DNA of 64,000 nt, from positions 186,001 through 250,000 of IMG/VR virus record IMGVR_UViG_3300041411_000080; one strand, given 5' to 3'. The notes under the pieces are model-generated. The model ran no database searches. It was not told the origin of the DNA and saw only the letters and a list, made by a program, of their open reading frames with translations. The position numbers were made by a program, and so were the translations under genes. Shown one piece after another: positions 55,407 through 63,935 of this stretch (the stretch's first letter is position 1; the number at the start of each line of letters is the position of its first letter).

Positions 55407-57302
55407 TTAGTAGAAGCTACCAACGCTCGAGTTGTACTGAGGACCGTAGCCTTGTTGCTGACCACCGTACTGTTGTACTTGTGCGGTACCACCAACCTGG
55501 AACTGGTTGATTACCGAGTTACCGGTGAAGCGCTGACCCGAGTTCAGTACCGAAGTGTTGTCCATGGTTACGGACAGGCCAACTGCTACGATAGCAGCGT
55601 CCAGTGCTTCGATGAACTTAGGGTTGAAGGTGCAACGTTCGGCTTTGCCAGTGTAGGTAACAGTGCTACCCAGGTACTGACGGTCGAAGTTACGGCTCTG
55701 CTTAGCACGCTGATCCGGGTGGATGTTGGTGTTCTGCTGCGAACCGTAGTAAGCCCACCATTCGTTCAGGTTACCTTCCGATGCGTTCAGGGCACCGAGG
55801 TTGTCCAGTTCACGACGGTCACGCTTCTCGCCATCTTCGTCGAGGTAGTGACCCAGATCGATAGTCTGACCAGTCTTAACCAGAATCGGCTGAGTGGTGT
55901 AGTCGAAGAACTTACCGAAGTCTACGCCCAGCAGGTTGGTGATCTGACGAACTGCGGTTGCTACTGCTTTCTGTTGGTTCTCACCACCAGCAGCGTCCAA
56001 CAGCATGCCATCGATCGGACCGTTCTCACCCAGACGGTTGAGGTCGATCTGGAACACTGGCTTGTCTTTGATCATGCTTACGGTCAGCATGCCGAACTGA
56101 GCATCGTCGAACGATGCAGCCTTGGTGTCGATCTTGTTCTGAAGCTGCGACAGCCAGCCCAGAGCACCGATATCACGCAGGTCTTTAGCCTTACCAGTTT
56201 GTGGCAGGAATGGACGAGCCCAAGCGTGACCGTGAGTTGCACGGTATGCGTTAGACAGAGCCAACCAGTACATTTCTGGAGTGTTGGCCTGAATGCCATC
56301 AGCGTTACGTACGTCGGTGATTACGACAGCAGCGGTGCACGGTGGAACCGGCTGACCTACTTGCTGACCTGCACCGAAGAAGTTGCTCTGTTGAGCTTGC
56401 TGCTGGTACTCGAGGTTGGTGAACATCGACACTTGGTTCAGCTTGACGTCAGTCTCGTAGAACTCGTTGTCCTGCTGTTGGCCTTGACGACGAACACGCT
56501 GCATGCCTACAACCACGTCGGAACGGATTGGGTTACCCAGAGTATCGGTAACGGTCAGGTCACGGGTGTCGATCTTGGCAGCCAGAGTTTCTTCTTGGCC
56601 TTTCAGCATGCTGATGGTGAATGGCTTCTCACCGCTACGACGTTGCAGGTGATCTTCACAGGCGTTAACCGATTTGATCAGCAGAGCACGCAGTTGCAGT
56701 TCGGAATCCTTCAGGACCAGATCAGCAGGGATTGGGAAAGCACCAGCCAGAACGACTTCAGCGTTAGGCTTGCTCAGAGCAGCTTGCACGTAGGCAACCA
56801 GCTTACCGTGGTACTTCTTGCTGAATACGTCACCAACCGAAACTTCGGTTTCGATGACTTCTTGATGCATGCCGTTTTGCAGAGTGATCTTGCGGGTCGG
56901 CAGTTCGATCGATGCGTTCGGCATGATCAGAGGACGGATCACGATCAGAGCCTTACCGTTGATGGTGGCTGCTTTAGCGATGATCAGCGAGGACCAACCC
57001 ACTTGGTTTTGGTCACGGTCGAAACGCAGAATGCTGAAGTCGTCCTTCAGGTCTTGCGATTCTACAGCCTGAGCTTTCAGGCGGTTGAAGAGTTGCAGTG
57101 CTTCGCTCGAACGAGCGTCGCCACCTTGAGTCTTACCGGAACGCTCGAAGTTCGAGTTCAGGTCACGACCAGCGAATTGGTTTTGTTGCACTTGTGGTTG
57201 TTCCATTTGAGGCGCCTGCGTTTGTGGTGGTGCTTGGGTAACTGGAGCTTGTTGAACTGGTGCTTGAGTTTGGGTGGCACCGGTGTCTTTGTCACGAATC
57301 AT
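55407..57302 (-). CDS. chmA: Chimallin, major phage nuclear-shell protein (201phi2-1 gp105 / phiKZ gp54 homolog; 631 aa)
   Basis: GGDARSSEAL, DDFSILRFDRD, FYETDVKLNQV, GIQANTPEMYW, YLGSTVTYTGKAERC and the C-terminal SFY all match the recalled 201phi2-1 chimallin. Confidence 0.97.
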   Translation of the reverse strand: MIRDKDTGATQTQAPVQQAPVTQAPPQTQAPQMEQPQVQQNQFAGRDLNSNFERSGKTQGGDARSSEALQLFNRLKAQAVESQDLKDDFSILRFDRDQNQVGWSSLIIAKAATINGKALIVIRPLIMPNASIELPTRKITLQNGMHQEVIETEVSVGDVFSKKYHGKLVAYVQAALSKPNAEVVLAGAFPIPADLVLKDSELQLRALLIKSVNACEDHLQRRSGEKPFTISMLKGQEETLAAKIDTRDLTVTDTLGNPIRSDVVVGMQRVRRQGQQQDNEFYETDVKLNQVSMFTNLEYQQQAQQSNFFGAGQQVGQPVPPCTAAVVITDVRNADGIQANTPEMYWLALSNAYRATHGHAWARPFLPQTGKAKDLRDIGALGWLSQLQNKIDTKAASFDDAQFGMLTVSMIKDKPVFQIDLNRLGENGPIDGMLLDAAGGENQQKAVATAVRQITNLLGVDFGKFFDYTTQPILVKTGQTIDLGHYLDEDGEKRDRRELDNLGALNASEGNLNEWWAYYGSQQNTNIHPDQRAKQSRNFDRQYLGSTVTYTGKAERCTFNPKFIEALDAAIVAVGLSVTMDNTSVLNSGQRFTGNSVINQFQVGGTAQVQQYGGQQQGYGPQYNSSVGSFY

Positions 57303-57327
57303 GATTCTTTCCTTTAGCGATTACGAT

Positions 57328-57343
57328 TAACTTGATCAAGTTA
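57328..57343. promoter_or_regulatory. Perfect 16-bp palindrome TAACTTGATCAAGTTA in the chmA leader
   Basis: Self-complementary with no loop, between the promoter and the RBS. Confidence 0.45.
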
Positions 57344-57372
57344 TGCGATTGGATCTGGGTTTCAGATTCACG

Positions 57373-57403
57373 TGTATGATATAAATCTGAACTTTTTTCT
57401 ATT
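57373..57403 (-). promoter_or_regulatory. Early promoter of chmA, identical over 31 bp to 45393-45423
   Basis: Minus strand AATAGAAAAAAGTTCAGATTTATATCATACA. Confidence 0.7.
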
Positions 57404-57494
57404 AACGACGTTATAGACCTGAGCGACAGGCTATATTTGCCTGTGGGTGCAACACTGTAATTAGTGTTACATATGATACTACAAAAAGTATTCC

Positions 57495-57659
57495 TTAACT
57501 GGAAACCTTTTGCTTAACCTTTATCTGTTGAATGGTTCCGCGTTGTAAACGCTTGAACAGTCGACGTGCTGCATCATGGGTATGCTCAGCTTCTGGATAA
57601 ACACCGCCATGAAAGAAGTAACCTGTGTTAGCCACAACTTTAAAGAGATAGGATTCCAT
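57495..57659 (-). CDS. Small accessory protein, paralog of 58249-58422 (54 aa)
   Basis: Start MESYLFK with RBS GAGG. Confidence 0.55.
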   Translation of the reverse strand: MESYLFKVVANTGYFFHGGVYPEAEHTHDAARRLFKRLQRGTIQQIKVKQKVSS

Positions 57660-57744
57660 TGGTCGCCTCATCAGGGAATAAGTTAAGGGTGGACAATCCA
57701 ATGACGGCATTGTCCTGTATTAAATATCACGCACAGGTATTTCT

Positions 57745-58059
57745 TTATTTCAGTGCACTGTACAACTTGTAGAAAGCGATCTCTTGTTCTAGTCGTGCGA
57801 TCTGAGCTTCTACATAAGGACGACACATCTGACCCTTCTTGGAGAGGTCTGCTTCGATCTTGTCACATTCGTCTGGCCACTTAGCTAACGACACCTTAAT
57901 CCCTTCAGGACCTTTCCAGTGGAGCGTTAGCAGGGTCTCGAAGAACTTACCGTTATCATGATGACTGATACTCAAGATACGACCGGGTAACCCATTAGCA
58001 CTGGTCAACCAATCTTCAGTATTCTGAAGTTGCTCGAATGGGATCTCACTTAATTTCAT
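57745..58059 (-). CDS. Hypothetical protein (104 aa)
   Basis: Coupled ORF in the early operon. Confidence 0.6.
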   Translation of the reverse strand: MKLSEIPFEQLQNTEDWLTSANGLPGRILSISHHDNGKFFETLLTLHWKGPEGIKVSLAKWPDECDKIEADLSKKGQMCRPYVEAQIARLEQEIAFYKLYSALK

Positions 58060-58249
58060 GAATGTTCTCAGGTGTGATCACTTTAAAGGTGGGTTCCATA
58101 CCCGTCTGACCGAAACATTGGTTACGGCTTGGACGGTGTTGTTTCTGGATATCGTCGTGATGTTTCTGGTACATGGCTACCCGATGACTGGATACCTGAA
58201 ATGCTTCCACTGGGAACTCTACCAGTGCTCTGATGAATTCAGCTGACAT
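58046..58249 (-). CDS. Hypothetical protein (67 aa)
   Basis: TAATG coupling to the upstream ORF. Confidence 0.55.
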   Translation of the reverse strand: MSAEFIRALVEFPVEAFQVSSHRVAMYQKHHDDIQKQHRPSRNQCFGQTGMEPTFKVITPENIHEIK

Positions 58250-58422
58250 TAGAAACCCCCACGATTGATACGAGCCACCTTAATCGAGACAATGCTACCG
58301 CGATGCATTCTAACCATCAGACGATCAGCTGCTTCCACGATAGTTTTAGGACACGTGAACAGTTGAGATCCACCGAGAGAGAACCCGTGAGTAACGCTAG
58401 CTTTAAACAGAAATGATTCCAT
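58249..58422 (-). CDS. Small accessory protein, paralog of 57495-57659 (57 aa)
   Basis: Start MESFLFK with RBS GGAG, just after a promoter copy. Confidence 0.6.
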   Translation of the reverse strand: MESFLFKASVTHGFSLGGSQLFTCPKTIVEAADRLMVRMHRGSIVSIKVARINRGGF

Positions 58423-58448
58423 TATGAATCTCCAGTTATTGTACAACC

Positions 58449-58476
58449 ATGATATAAATCTCAAATAAATTCTGTT
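58449..58476 (-). promoter_or_regulatory. Early promoter motif copy
   Basis: Minus strand AACAGAATTTATTTGAGATTTATATCAT. Confidence 0.65.
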
Positions 58477-58552
58477 GCCCTTATAAAGGAAGGGAATGAT
58501 ATATACTGACTAGGCCCATTCTATAGTTTTAACAATTTATAGGGACAACCAA

Positions 58553-59638
58553 ATGTACGCACTCTTCAGGGATCAGCCTAACAGGAAACTGGGGCAAGCA
58601 CTCGATCCTAACCTCGCTTACGTACGACGTACGTTTAAGACTTTGATACACGATGTTAAACAGTACTACCGAAAAGCTCCTAAGTACGTTGACTCTAAGA
58701 ACATGATTGCGCTGATCATTCAACAGTACGTTATCAATACGAAGGTTGATGATAATGAATGGATTAACCAAGTAGAGCGTTGGTCACGAGGTTTCCTAAA
58801 AGACTTCGGTATTACCACGCCTATTAATAAAGGACGCATTCATCCAAAGGGTGTAACCTTAGGACCACAATCTGAAGAAGTTGTTATTGCGAGTTATGAG
58901 AAGTTTGATACAGTAGGTCTTGGTAAACGTTGGCGGGAGCTTACTCCGGTTAAGTATCTTTACCATACTCGTACCGACTGTACGCTTCCCATTATGAACA
59001 ACTCAACTCCGGGTCGTGCATTCGGTGTGATCAGTATTAACATTCCAATGCTGATGGTCCAATACCGTTACTGGCGTAGATGGCAGGAATCCTTAGGGGT
59101 TATCCAATTCGAGAACGCTTATCGCTTTGTGGGTAGTTTCGTATTACCTAACATGATCGACAGCTTCTTGGACATTGCCTTCTTTAATAGACTGGATCGT
59201 CAGTCTCAAAGTATCCCTACTCCGACCTTCCCTGTGTCTCATCCTTTCTATTTAACTGACCTGACTCCTAAGTTGGTAAGACTGGAAGAGTTCATTAACT
59301 TCGAAGCTATCCTTAAAGGGATTGAAGTTGAAGGCTTAGCAGCGATTGTTCCTATGCTCGTAGAGTCCAATCTATTCGAGACTCTTAAACTCCCACGTGA
59401 ACCTGTGACTTATCAGAACCAGTGGGCTATTACCTTAGCGAGGTTACCGGCAATTCGATACCTGTGCCGTATGGTCCTACGCAATCATGGTTACGACGCG
59501 TCTCAATTGAACGCTATCATGATTGACTTGATTGAAGGTTCAAACGATCAGATCTTCAACGCGATGGGCAATACCGAATATGTGAAGCAGTTCCGCAAAC
59601 AGATTCAAGAGTTGATCCGTGAACTAAAAGAAAAATGA
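58553..59638 (+). CDS. Conserved virion protein, phiKZ gp52-like (361 aa)
   Basis: Lone plus-strand gene near chmA, as in relatives; RBS AGGGA. Confidence 0.55.
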   Translation: MYALFRDQPNRKLGQALDPNLAYVRRTFKTLIHDVKQYYRKAPKYVDSKNMIALIIQQYVINTKVDDNEWINQVERWSRGFLKDFGITTPINKGRIHPKGVTLGPQSEEVVIASYEKFDTVGLGKRWRELTPVKYLYHTRTDCTLPIMNNSTPGRAFGVISINIPMLMVQYRYWRRWQESLGVIQFENAYRFVGSFVLPNMIDSFLDIAFFNRLDRQSQSIPTPTFPVSHPFYLTDLTPKLVRLEEFINFEAILKGIEVEGLAAIVPMLVESNLFETLKLPREPVTYQNQWAITLARLPAIRYLCRMVLRNHGYDASQLNAIMIDLIEGSNDQIFNAMGNTEYVKQFRKQIQELIRELKEK

Positions 59639-59675
59639 CATAAAGCCCCCTCCAATTGGAGGGGGCATATGCCGT
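59637..59675. terminator. Bidirectional terminator GCCCCCTCC-AATT-GGAGGGGGC; near-copy of 32571-32609
   Basis: 9-bp stem between convergent genes. Confidence 0.85.
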
Positions 59676-60052
59676 CAACGTTGGTGGTAAATAAGTACGC
59701 CTTCCTTACTTGGATTAGTTCGTGTATCCAACCCGATCAACTCAATGGTCCAATGGCTATCGCGATAAGAAACCGAATCCAATTTAAACTTTTCAACTAC
59801 GATCGCATAAACATCATCTTCCGATCGAGCAGCTACCATGAGTTCCATATAGCAGTCCCAGTCAAGCAGCTCATAACCTTCGAACGATTCCTCTGGATCA
59901 TCGCTAGGCACACCAAGTGAACTTACGTGCCAGATGAAGTTTCCGGTGTGGGTGGTATTACTGTCTGGATCACCGATCCGAACGAATTCGACCGAATGAT
60001 CGTTGCGCAGGTTAAACTTTTTAGAGTTACTGAAATCAATTGCCGACATCAT
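59675..60052 (-). CDS. Accessory protein, paralog family B (divergent; 125 aa)
   Basis: FIWHV and ELMVAARSEDDVY motifs. Confidence 0.55.
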   Translation of the reverse strand: MMSAIDFSNSKKFNLRNDHSVEFVRIGDPDSNTTHTGNFIWHVSSLGVPSDDPEESFEGYELLDWDCYMELMVAARSEDDVYAIVVEKFKLDSVSYRDSHWTIELIGLDTRTNPSKEGVLIYHQR

Positions 60053-60210
60053 TATTTCCCGATCAGAGTAGTCTCAAGTTTATCTGCTACTTCACGAAGT
60101 TTCTTAACGAACTCCTCGCGCTCTTTGGTGTTATGGATGATCTCGCTTCCATTACGACCGATATCTTGATAGATACCCCATACCTCGTCACTTACATCAA
60201 CCTTTTCCAT
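60052..60210 (-). CDS. Small hypothetical protein (52 aa; not in the ORF track)
   Basis: MEKVDVSDEVWGIYQDIG...LETTLIGK; RBS AGAGAG; TAATG coupling; fills the gap between neighbours. Confidence 0.55.
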   Translation of the reverse strand: MEKVDVSDEVWGIYQDIGRNGSEIIHNTKEREEFVKKLREVADKLETTLIGK

Positions 60211-60221
60211 AGCACTCTCTT

Positions 60222-60557
60222 TTAAGCGTGAAGAAAATCCGTCATCAGAACAGGGTGTTCACGGTCAGGGAAATAGTCTTCCCCTTCAACCCGCGCCTCC
60301 CATTTAGTACCTGCATAATCCGAGTGGTTGTAGTCAGGTGTCATTCGTAACAGATGAGCAATAAAACGCTCATTAGCCTGAGCATAATTTGAAGCGCTCA
60401 AGATCATGCCTTCAACCATATCGTGACCGTTGCTATCTTTACCCTCATACTTCCACAACCAGGTCTTATCGGTAGGGAGGTCATCACGAGTAGACGTCGT
60501 CACCGTAAGATTATAGGTCTTATTTTTCTTATCGGAGAATTCAAGAATTGTAGACAT
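60222..60557 (-). CDS. Accessory protein, paralog family B (111 aa)
   Basis: WLWKY, EGMILSASNYAQA and EGEDYFPDREHPVL. Confidence 0.7.
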   Translation of the reverse strand: MSTILEFSDKKNKTYNLTVTTSTRDDLPTDKTWLWKYEGKDSNGHDMVEGMILSASNYAQANERFIAHLLRMTPDYNHSDYAGTKWEARVEGEDYFPDREHPVLMTDFLHA

Positions 60558-60565
60558 AAGTCCCC

Positions 60566-60889
60566 TTAGAACACCGGTGGTTTATATTCAATCATCAGAA
60601 TAGCCTTATCACGAGAAGGCATCAGATCAACCCCAGTCAAGTACACATCGAAGTGGTACCGTTCCTGCGCGGGTGAGAGGATATCGTTATTGAGGATCTC
60701 TTCTGCTTCACCAAAGCTAGCAGCTGATATGATCGCCTCGGTTACGTGATGACAATCCACGTAATGAGTTACTCTCGTGCCCAGACCAGCAACTTCAAAG
60801 GTTGCTCCCCGGTTAAAGAAATGGTACAAGTATTTAGCCTGACCATCGATAACCACTTCTGCTTCGTCAATACAGTTAAAGGTAGCCAT
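60566..60889 (-). CDS. Accessory protein, paralog family B (107 aa)
   Basis: YLYHF and EAIISAASFGEA. Confidence 0.65.
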   Translation of the reverse strand: MATFNCIDEAEVVIDGQAKYLYHFFNRGATFEVAGLGTRVTHYVDCHHVTEAIISAASFGEAEEILNNDILSPAQERYHFDVYLTGVDLMPSRDKAILMIEYKPPVF

Positions 60890-60890
60890 G

Positions 60891-61253
60891 TTAGTAGCAC
60901 ATCACGATTTTGTCAGCGCGACCAACAACAAAGTCTACGCCAATTCGTTCAACGGAGATAACAGCATCTTTGTAATAGTCGCCACGCAGGAAGATACGTT
61001 CGAATGTTTCGATGGCTTCGTTCATGGAAGAAGCAGAGATCAACAGTTCGGACATTTCTTTATCACCCACCTCCCCAGTTTGCTTGAATTGGAAGAGGTA
61101 GTTCTTATAACCGGCGGTATCGATGTCGGTACGATCATCACGATTGTAGGTGATGTTCATATCTTTACCAGTGACCACCGGACGAACCTTCTCAACAGGT
61201 TTGGCCTTTGCCTTAGGTGGTGCGGCAACTACGTTCAGCGGTGTGTTAAACAT
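60891..61253 (-). CDS. Accessory protein, paralog family B (120 aa)
   Basis: Start moved to MFNTP; YLFQF and ELLISASSMNEA. Confidence 0.65.
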   Translation of the reverse strand: MFNTPLNVVAAPPKAKAKPVEKVRPVVTGKDMNITYNRDDRTDIDTAGYKNYLFQFKQTGEVGDKEMSELLISASSMNEAIETFERIFLRGDYYKDAVISVERIGVDFVVGRADKIVMCY

Positions 61254-61419
61254 TCTTATTCCCCATGAGTGGTGTATCCCAGCTACCCATACGACCAAGG
61301 GAAGCATAGAAGGCAGGACTGTTCATGTAAGCCTGGCGACGGTTGAGTTCTTCAAGCGTTACCGGTTGACGTTTTGCAGCACGTCGCTTTTGTAACATGT
61401 CTTCAAGGAACTGTTTCAT
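61246..61419 (-). CDS. Small basic protein (57 aa)
   Basis: Start MKQFLED with RBS GAGG; the longer track version overlaps another gene. Confidence 0.55.
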   Translation of the reverse strand: MKQFLEDMLQKRRAAKRQPVTLEELNRRQAYMNSPAFYASLGRMGSWDTPLMGNKNV

Positions 61420-61426
61420 ATTAACC

Positions 61427-61768
61427 TCAGTCATCGGTTGATTTAGCAGCGAGTAGGACGGCGTGTTCACGCGTGGGATAGTTGTCCTCACCTTCGCAAG
61501 TGAGATACCATTGAACCCCTTCGTAGTGATACGACTTCTCTGAGTTACGACGCAGTACTTCAAGGAACAATACGTAAGCAGCGTTTTTATTAGCCGCACT
61601 GAGTATAATACCCTCGTACAATCCGACCGACATAGCTTTTTCGGTATGGAACGACCACAGGTATTTCTTATTGTCGTCATAACCTTCGATCGGGATAACC
61701 CCCACAGGTACAACAAACACATTGATCTTGTCGTTACGCTTGTTGAGCAACGTCAGGAAGTCTGCCAT
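61427..61768 (-). CDS. Accessory protein, paralog family B (113 aa)
   Basis: YLWSF, EGIILSAANKNAA and EGEDNYPTREHAVL. Confidence 0.7.
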   Translation of the reverse strand: MADFLTLLNKRNDKINVFVVPVGVIPIEGYDDNKKYLWSFHTEKAMSVGLYEGIILSAANKNAAYVLFLEVLRRNSEKSYHYEGVQWYLTCEGEDNYPTREHAVLLAAKSTDD

Positions 61769-62214
61769 CAGTCGTTCGCCTCAGCTACTTTGATACTGTT
61801 ATGCAACTTACTAACCAAACCTTCAGCATAAGCAATAACCTTTTTGGTACTGCTGCTACTCATGATCAGATTCTGGAAGTGGTTGTACAGATAACGATTC
61901 CCCGGAGCATAGCAACCCAGAGCACTCACCCAAACGATGTCTTCGTCTGGCACGCGACGCTGCCTACGCAGATACAGGTTATCAAACATCTTGAGACACT
62001 CTACGTTGGTCCCCGGATGTTTAGCCCGCTCGATGTTAGGGTTCTCAGCCAATCGATCCCAGATCTCTCTGGAGGTCGATACAGTGACATACTTCAAATC
62101 AAGACGTGGTTGATGTGCACAGATAGCGGTATCGTAAGCTGCGAGCAAGTCTTCACCTTTAATACCGAAGTGACGACGTAGCATAGCGATCTTACTAAAA
62201 GCGGCATGACGCAT
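61768..62214 (-). CDS. Hypothetical protein (148 aa)
   Basis: RBS AAAGGAG; TGATG coupling. Confidence 0.65.
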   Translation of the reverse strand: MRHAAFSKIAMLRRHFGIKGEDLLAAYDTAICAHQPRLDLKYVTVSTSREIWDRLAENPNIERAKHPGTNVECLKMFDNLYLRRQRRVPDEDIVWVSALGCYAPGNRYLYNHFQNLIMSSSSTKKVIAYAEGLVSKLHNSIKVAEAND

Positions 62215-62231
62215 ATTAAACTCCTTTAGGG

Positions 62232-62256
62232 CATAAAGCCCCTCCCGAAGGAGGGA
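62232..62256 (-). terminator. Hairpin CCCTCC-CGAA-GGAGGG preceded by CATAA
   Basis: 23 nt shared with the 33864 element. Confidence 0.65.
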
Positions 62257-62263
62257 CCACTAT

Positions 62264-63559
62264 TTAAGCAACGATGGTTTCCAGAGGATGAGCAATACTC
62301 ATCGCTTCGGTTACCAGAGTTTGTCGATCGATCGACATGTTGTTTTTCAAGACAGCAGCACGAACTTGTGCAACGATCTCTGCGTGTTTCTCACCTTGCA
62401 GATCATCAGGCAGAAGATCCGGGGTGATGTAACGAGCCAGTGCGTTGTCGAGGTTCTGTTCGAAAGCAGCTTGACGTTCTTCGTTGGTCAGCTCCACCGC
62501 CGGAACATCCATGTGCAATAGTGGTGAGGTGAGACCACGACCTAATACAGCAGACGTAATTGGTTCTTCGGCTTGATCCTTCACTTCGCGACTAACACGT
62601 TCTACGATCGGAGCAGATGGGTCGGCTTTAGCTTGCATAGCGTTCAGCAGGTTAGCTTGATAGTCAGGCAGTTTCTCACCCGATGCCAGCTCTACGAAGT
62701 CTGCCAGTGGGATCTCTTTCAACAGACTACGTTTGTAGCTGTCTTGAGTATCCTGTTGAACCTTACCCAGCATGTTCAGGATGGTAGCACCCAGGACACG
62801 TTTGGTACGTGCGTTGCGCATGTTCGGCAGGTGGTTGGACTTAGGCTTGGACTTCTTACGCTTGACCTTACGCTTGGAATCACCATTGTAGTCAGCAACA
62901 GTCATCTTGTGCTTTGTAGCGTCAACATTTACCTGACCCGCGGCTTCAATCAGTTCAGCCAGTTCTTGGGTGCCTGGAGTTTCAGGAACGGTCAAGGCGT
63001 CACCCATTTTGTTGTTATGCGACGAGATGATTGAAATTTCACCGCGACGCTCACCGCCGAATACACCATGCTCTTTAGCTTGGGTAAGTTTAGCGATTTG
63101 CTCAGATTGTTCAGTAAATAGGGTCATGATGCCTTTTTCCTTGAGGGATTGTTGGACTGCGAAAGAACCCATTAGTTTTGTTCTTTCTTGAAATTGAATA
63201 TGCCGTACGGCGCCTAAAGTTTTGTACAGCTCAGTAAGGTTTTCCTCGTGTTCATCGTAAAGCTCACGAGCAAGATCCATTACTTCTTGGGAGTCCATGT
63301 GTTGACTTGGGACTGAACCCGAAAAGGAGCTATAGAGCATCTTCAGGTTAGGATCGCCAATCAACTCCCATACCCGACTGTGTACTTGATGCTGATGGAT
63401 ATCGTTATTCAAGGTGGCATACTTCAGCATCGAAGGTTTCATACCCAAGGTGCAAAGCGTGCTACCGGACATGGGCTGGAAGATCTCTTGACAGAGGTTG
63501 TTACCCCGAATACGCTCTGCGTCAGTCCAGGTGTCAGTCTTATACGGGTGCGGCAACAT
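62264..63559 (-). CDS. Hypothetical protein (431 aa), possibly two fused genes
   Basis: Start MLPHPY (RBS GGAGG); internal RBS-like AAGGA..AGG before ATG 63127. Confidence 0.55.
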   Translation of the reverse strand: MLPHPYKTDTWTDAERIRGNNLCQEIFQPMSGSTLCTLGMKPSMLKYATLNNDIHQHQVHSRVWELIGDPNLKMLYSSFSGSVPSQHMDSQEVMDLARELYDEHEENLTELYKTLGAVRHIQFQERTKLMGSFAVQQSLKEKGIMTLFTEQSEQIAKLTQAKEHGVFGGERRGEISIISSHNNKMGDALTVPETPGTQELAELIEAAGQVNVDATKHKMTVADYNGDSKRKVKRKKSKPKSNHLPNMRNARTKRVLGATILNMLGKVQQDTQDSYKRSLLKEIPLADFVELASGEKLPDYQANLLNAMQAKADPSAPIVERVSREVKDQAEEPITSAVLGRGLTSPLLHMDVPAVELTNEERQAAFEQNLDNALARYITPDLLPDDLQGEKHAEIVAQVRAAVLKNNMSIDRQTLVTEAMSIAHPLETIVA

Positions 63560-63935
63560 TAGCAACCTCCAACAGTCGATCTCGATGATCACATTCAGCG
63601 TGGATATCCGATGTAACTTTGGTCATCAGTGCGCTGATATTCTCAGCGTGTAGCGCATTAACTCGTTTGATGTACTCGTCACGTGGAAGCACTACCTCAA
63701 CATTATTGAAACCACCGTTGAAGGAGCCGTAGCACGTTTCCTGTGTGGATGGTTCACCAATGTCGTTCAGAATGTTGCTCTGGACACAATAGTCCACGCG
63801 CACAGAATGAATCACCCCCGGATATTCTTTATCCTTAGAGATGTGGTATTCCGGTTTCATGTCAGCAAAGTTCGTGAAGACACATTCGTCTCCCTGACGC
63901 ATCAAACGGGTATTGCCAGTTCTTACCTTATCCAT
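63540..63935 (-). CDS. Hypothetical protein (131 aa)
   Basis: TGATG coupling to an upstream partial ORF at the window end. Confidence 0.6.
   Translation of the reverse strand: MDKVRTGNTRLMRQGDECVFTNFADMKPEYHISKDKEYPGVIHSVRVDYCVQSNILNDIGEPSTQETCYGSFNGGFNNVEVVLPRDEYIKRVNALHAENISALMTKVTSDIHAECDHRDRLLEVANVAAPV

Noticed and set aside
55350-57317. 655-aa plus-strand ORF antisense to chmA
   Set aside because: Codon-aligned shadow of a highly biased gene that avoids TTA/CTA/TCA; no RBS and no recognisable domain
61246-61722. 158-aa version of the small basic ORF
   Set aside because: Overlaps the well-supported 61427-61768 gene; the RBS supports the start at 61419
2047-62256. Recurrent GC hairpins as CRISPR repeats, REP elements or IS ends
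   Set aside because: Dispersed singly at gene ends with no spacers, transposase or target duplications; treated as terminators
63030-63075. FGGERRGEISIIS as a DnaB/RecA Walker-A region
   Set aside because: No GKS/T follows and there are no other ATPase motifs
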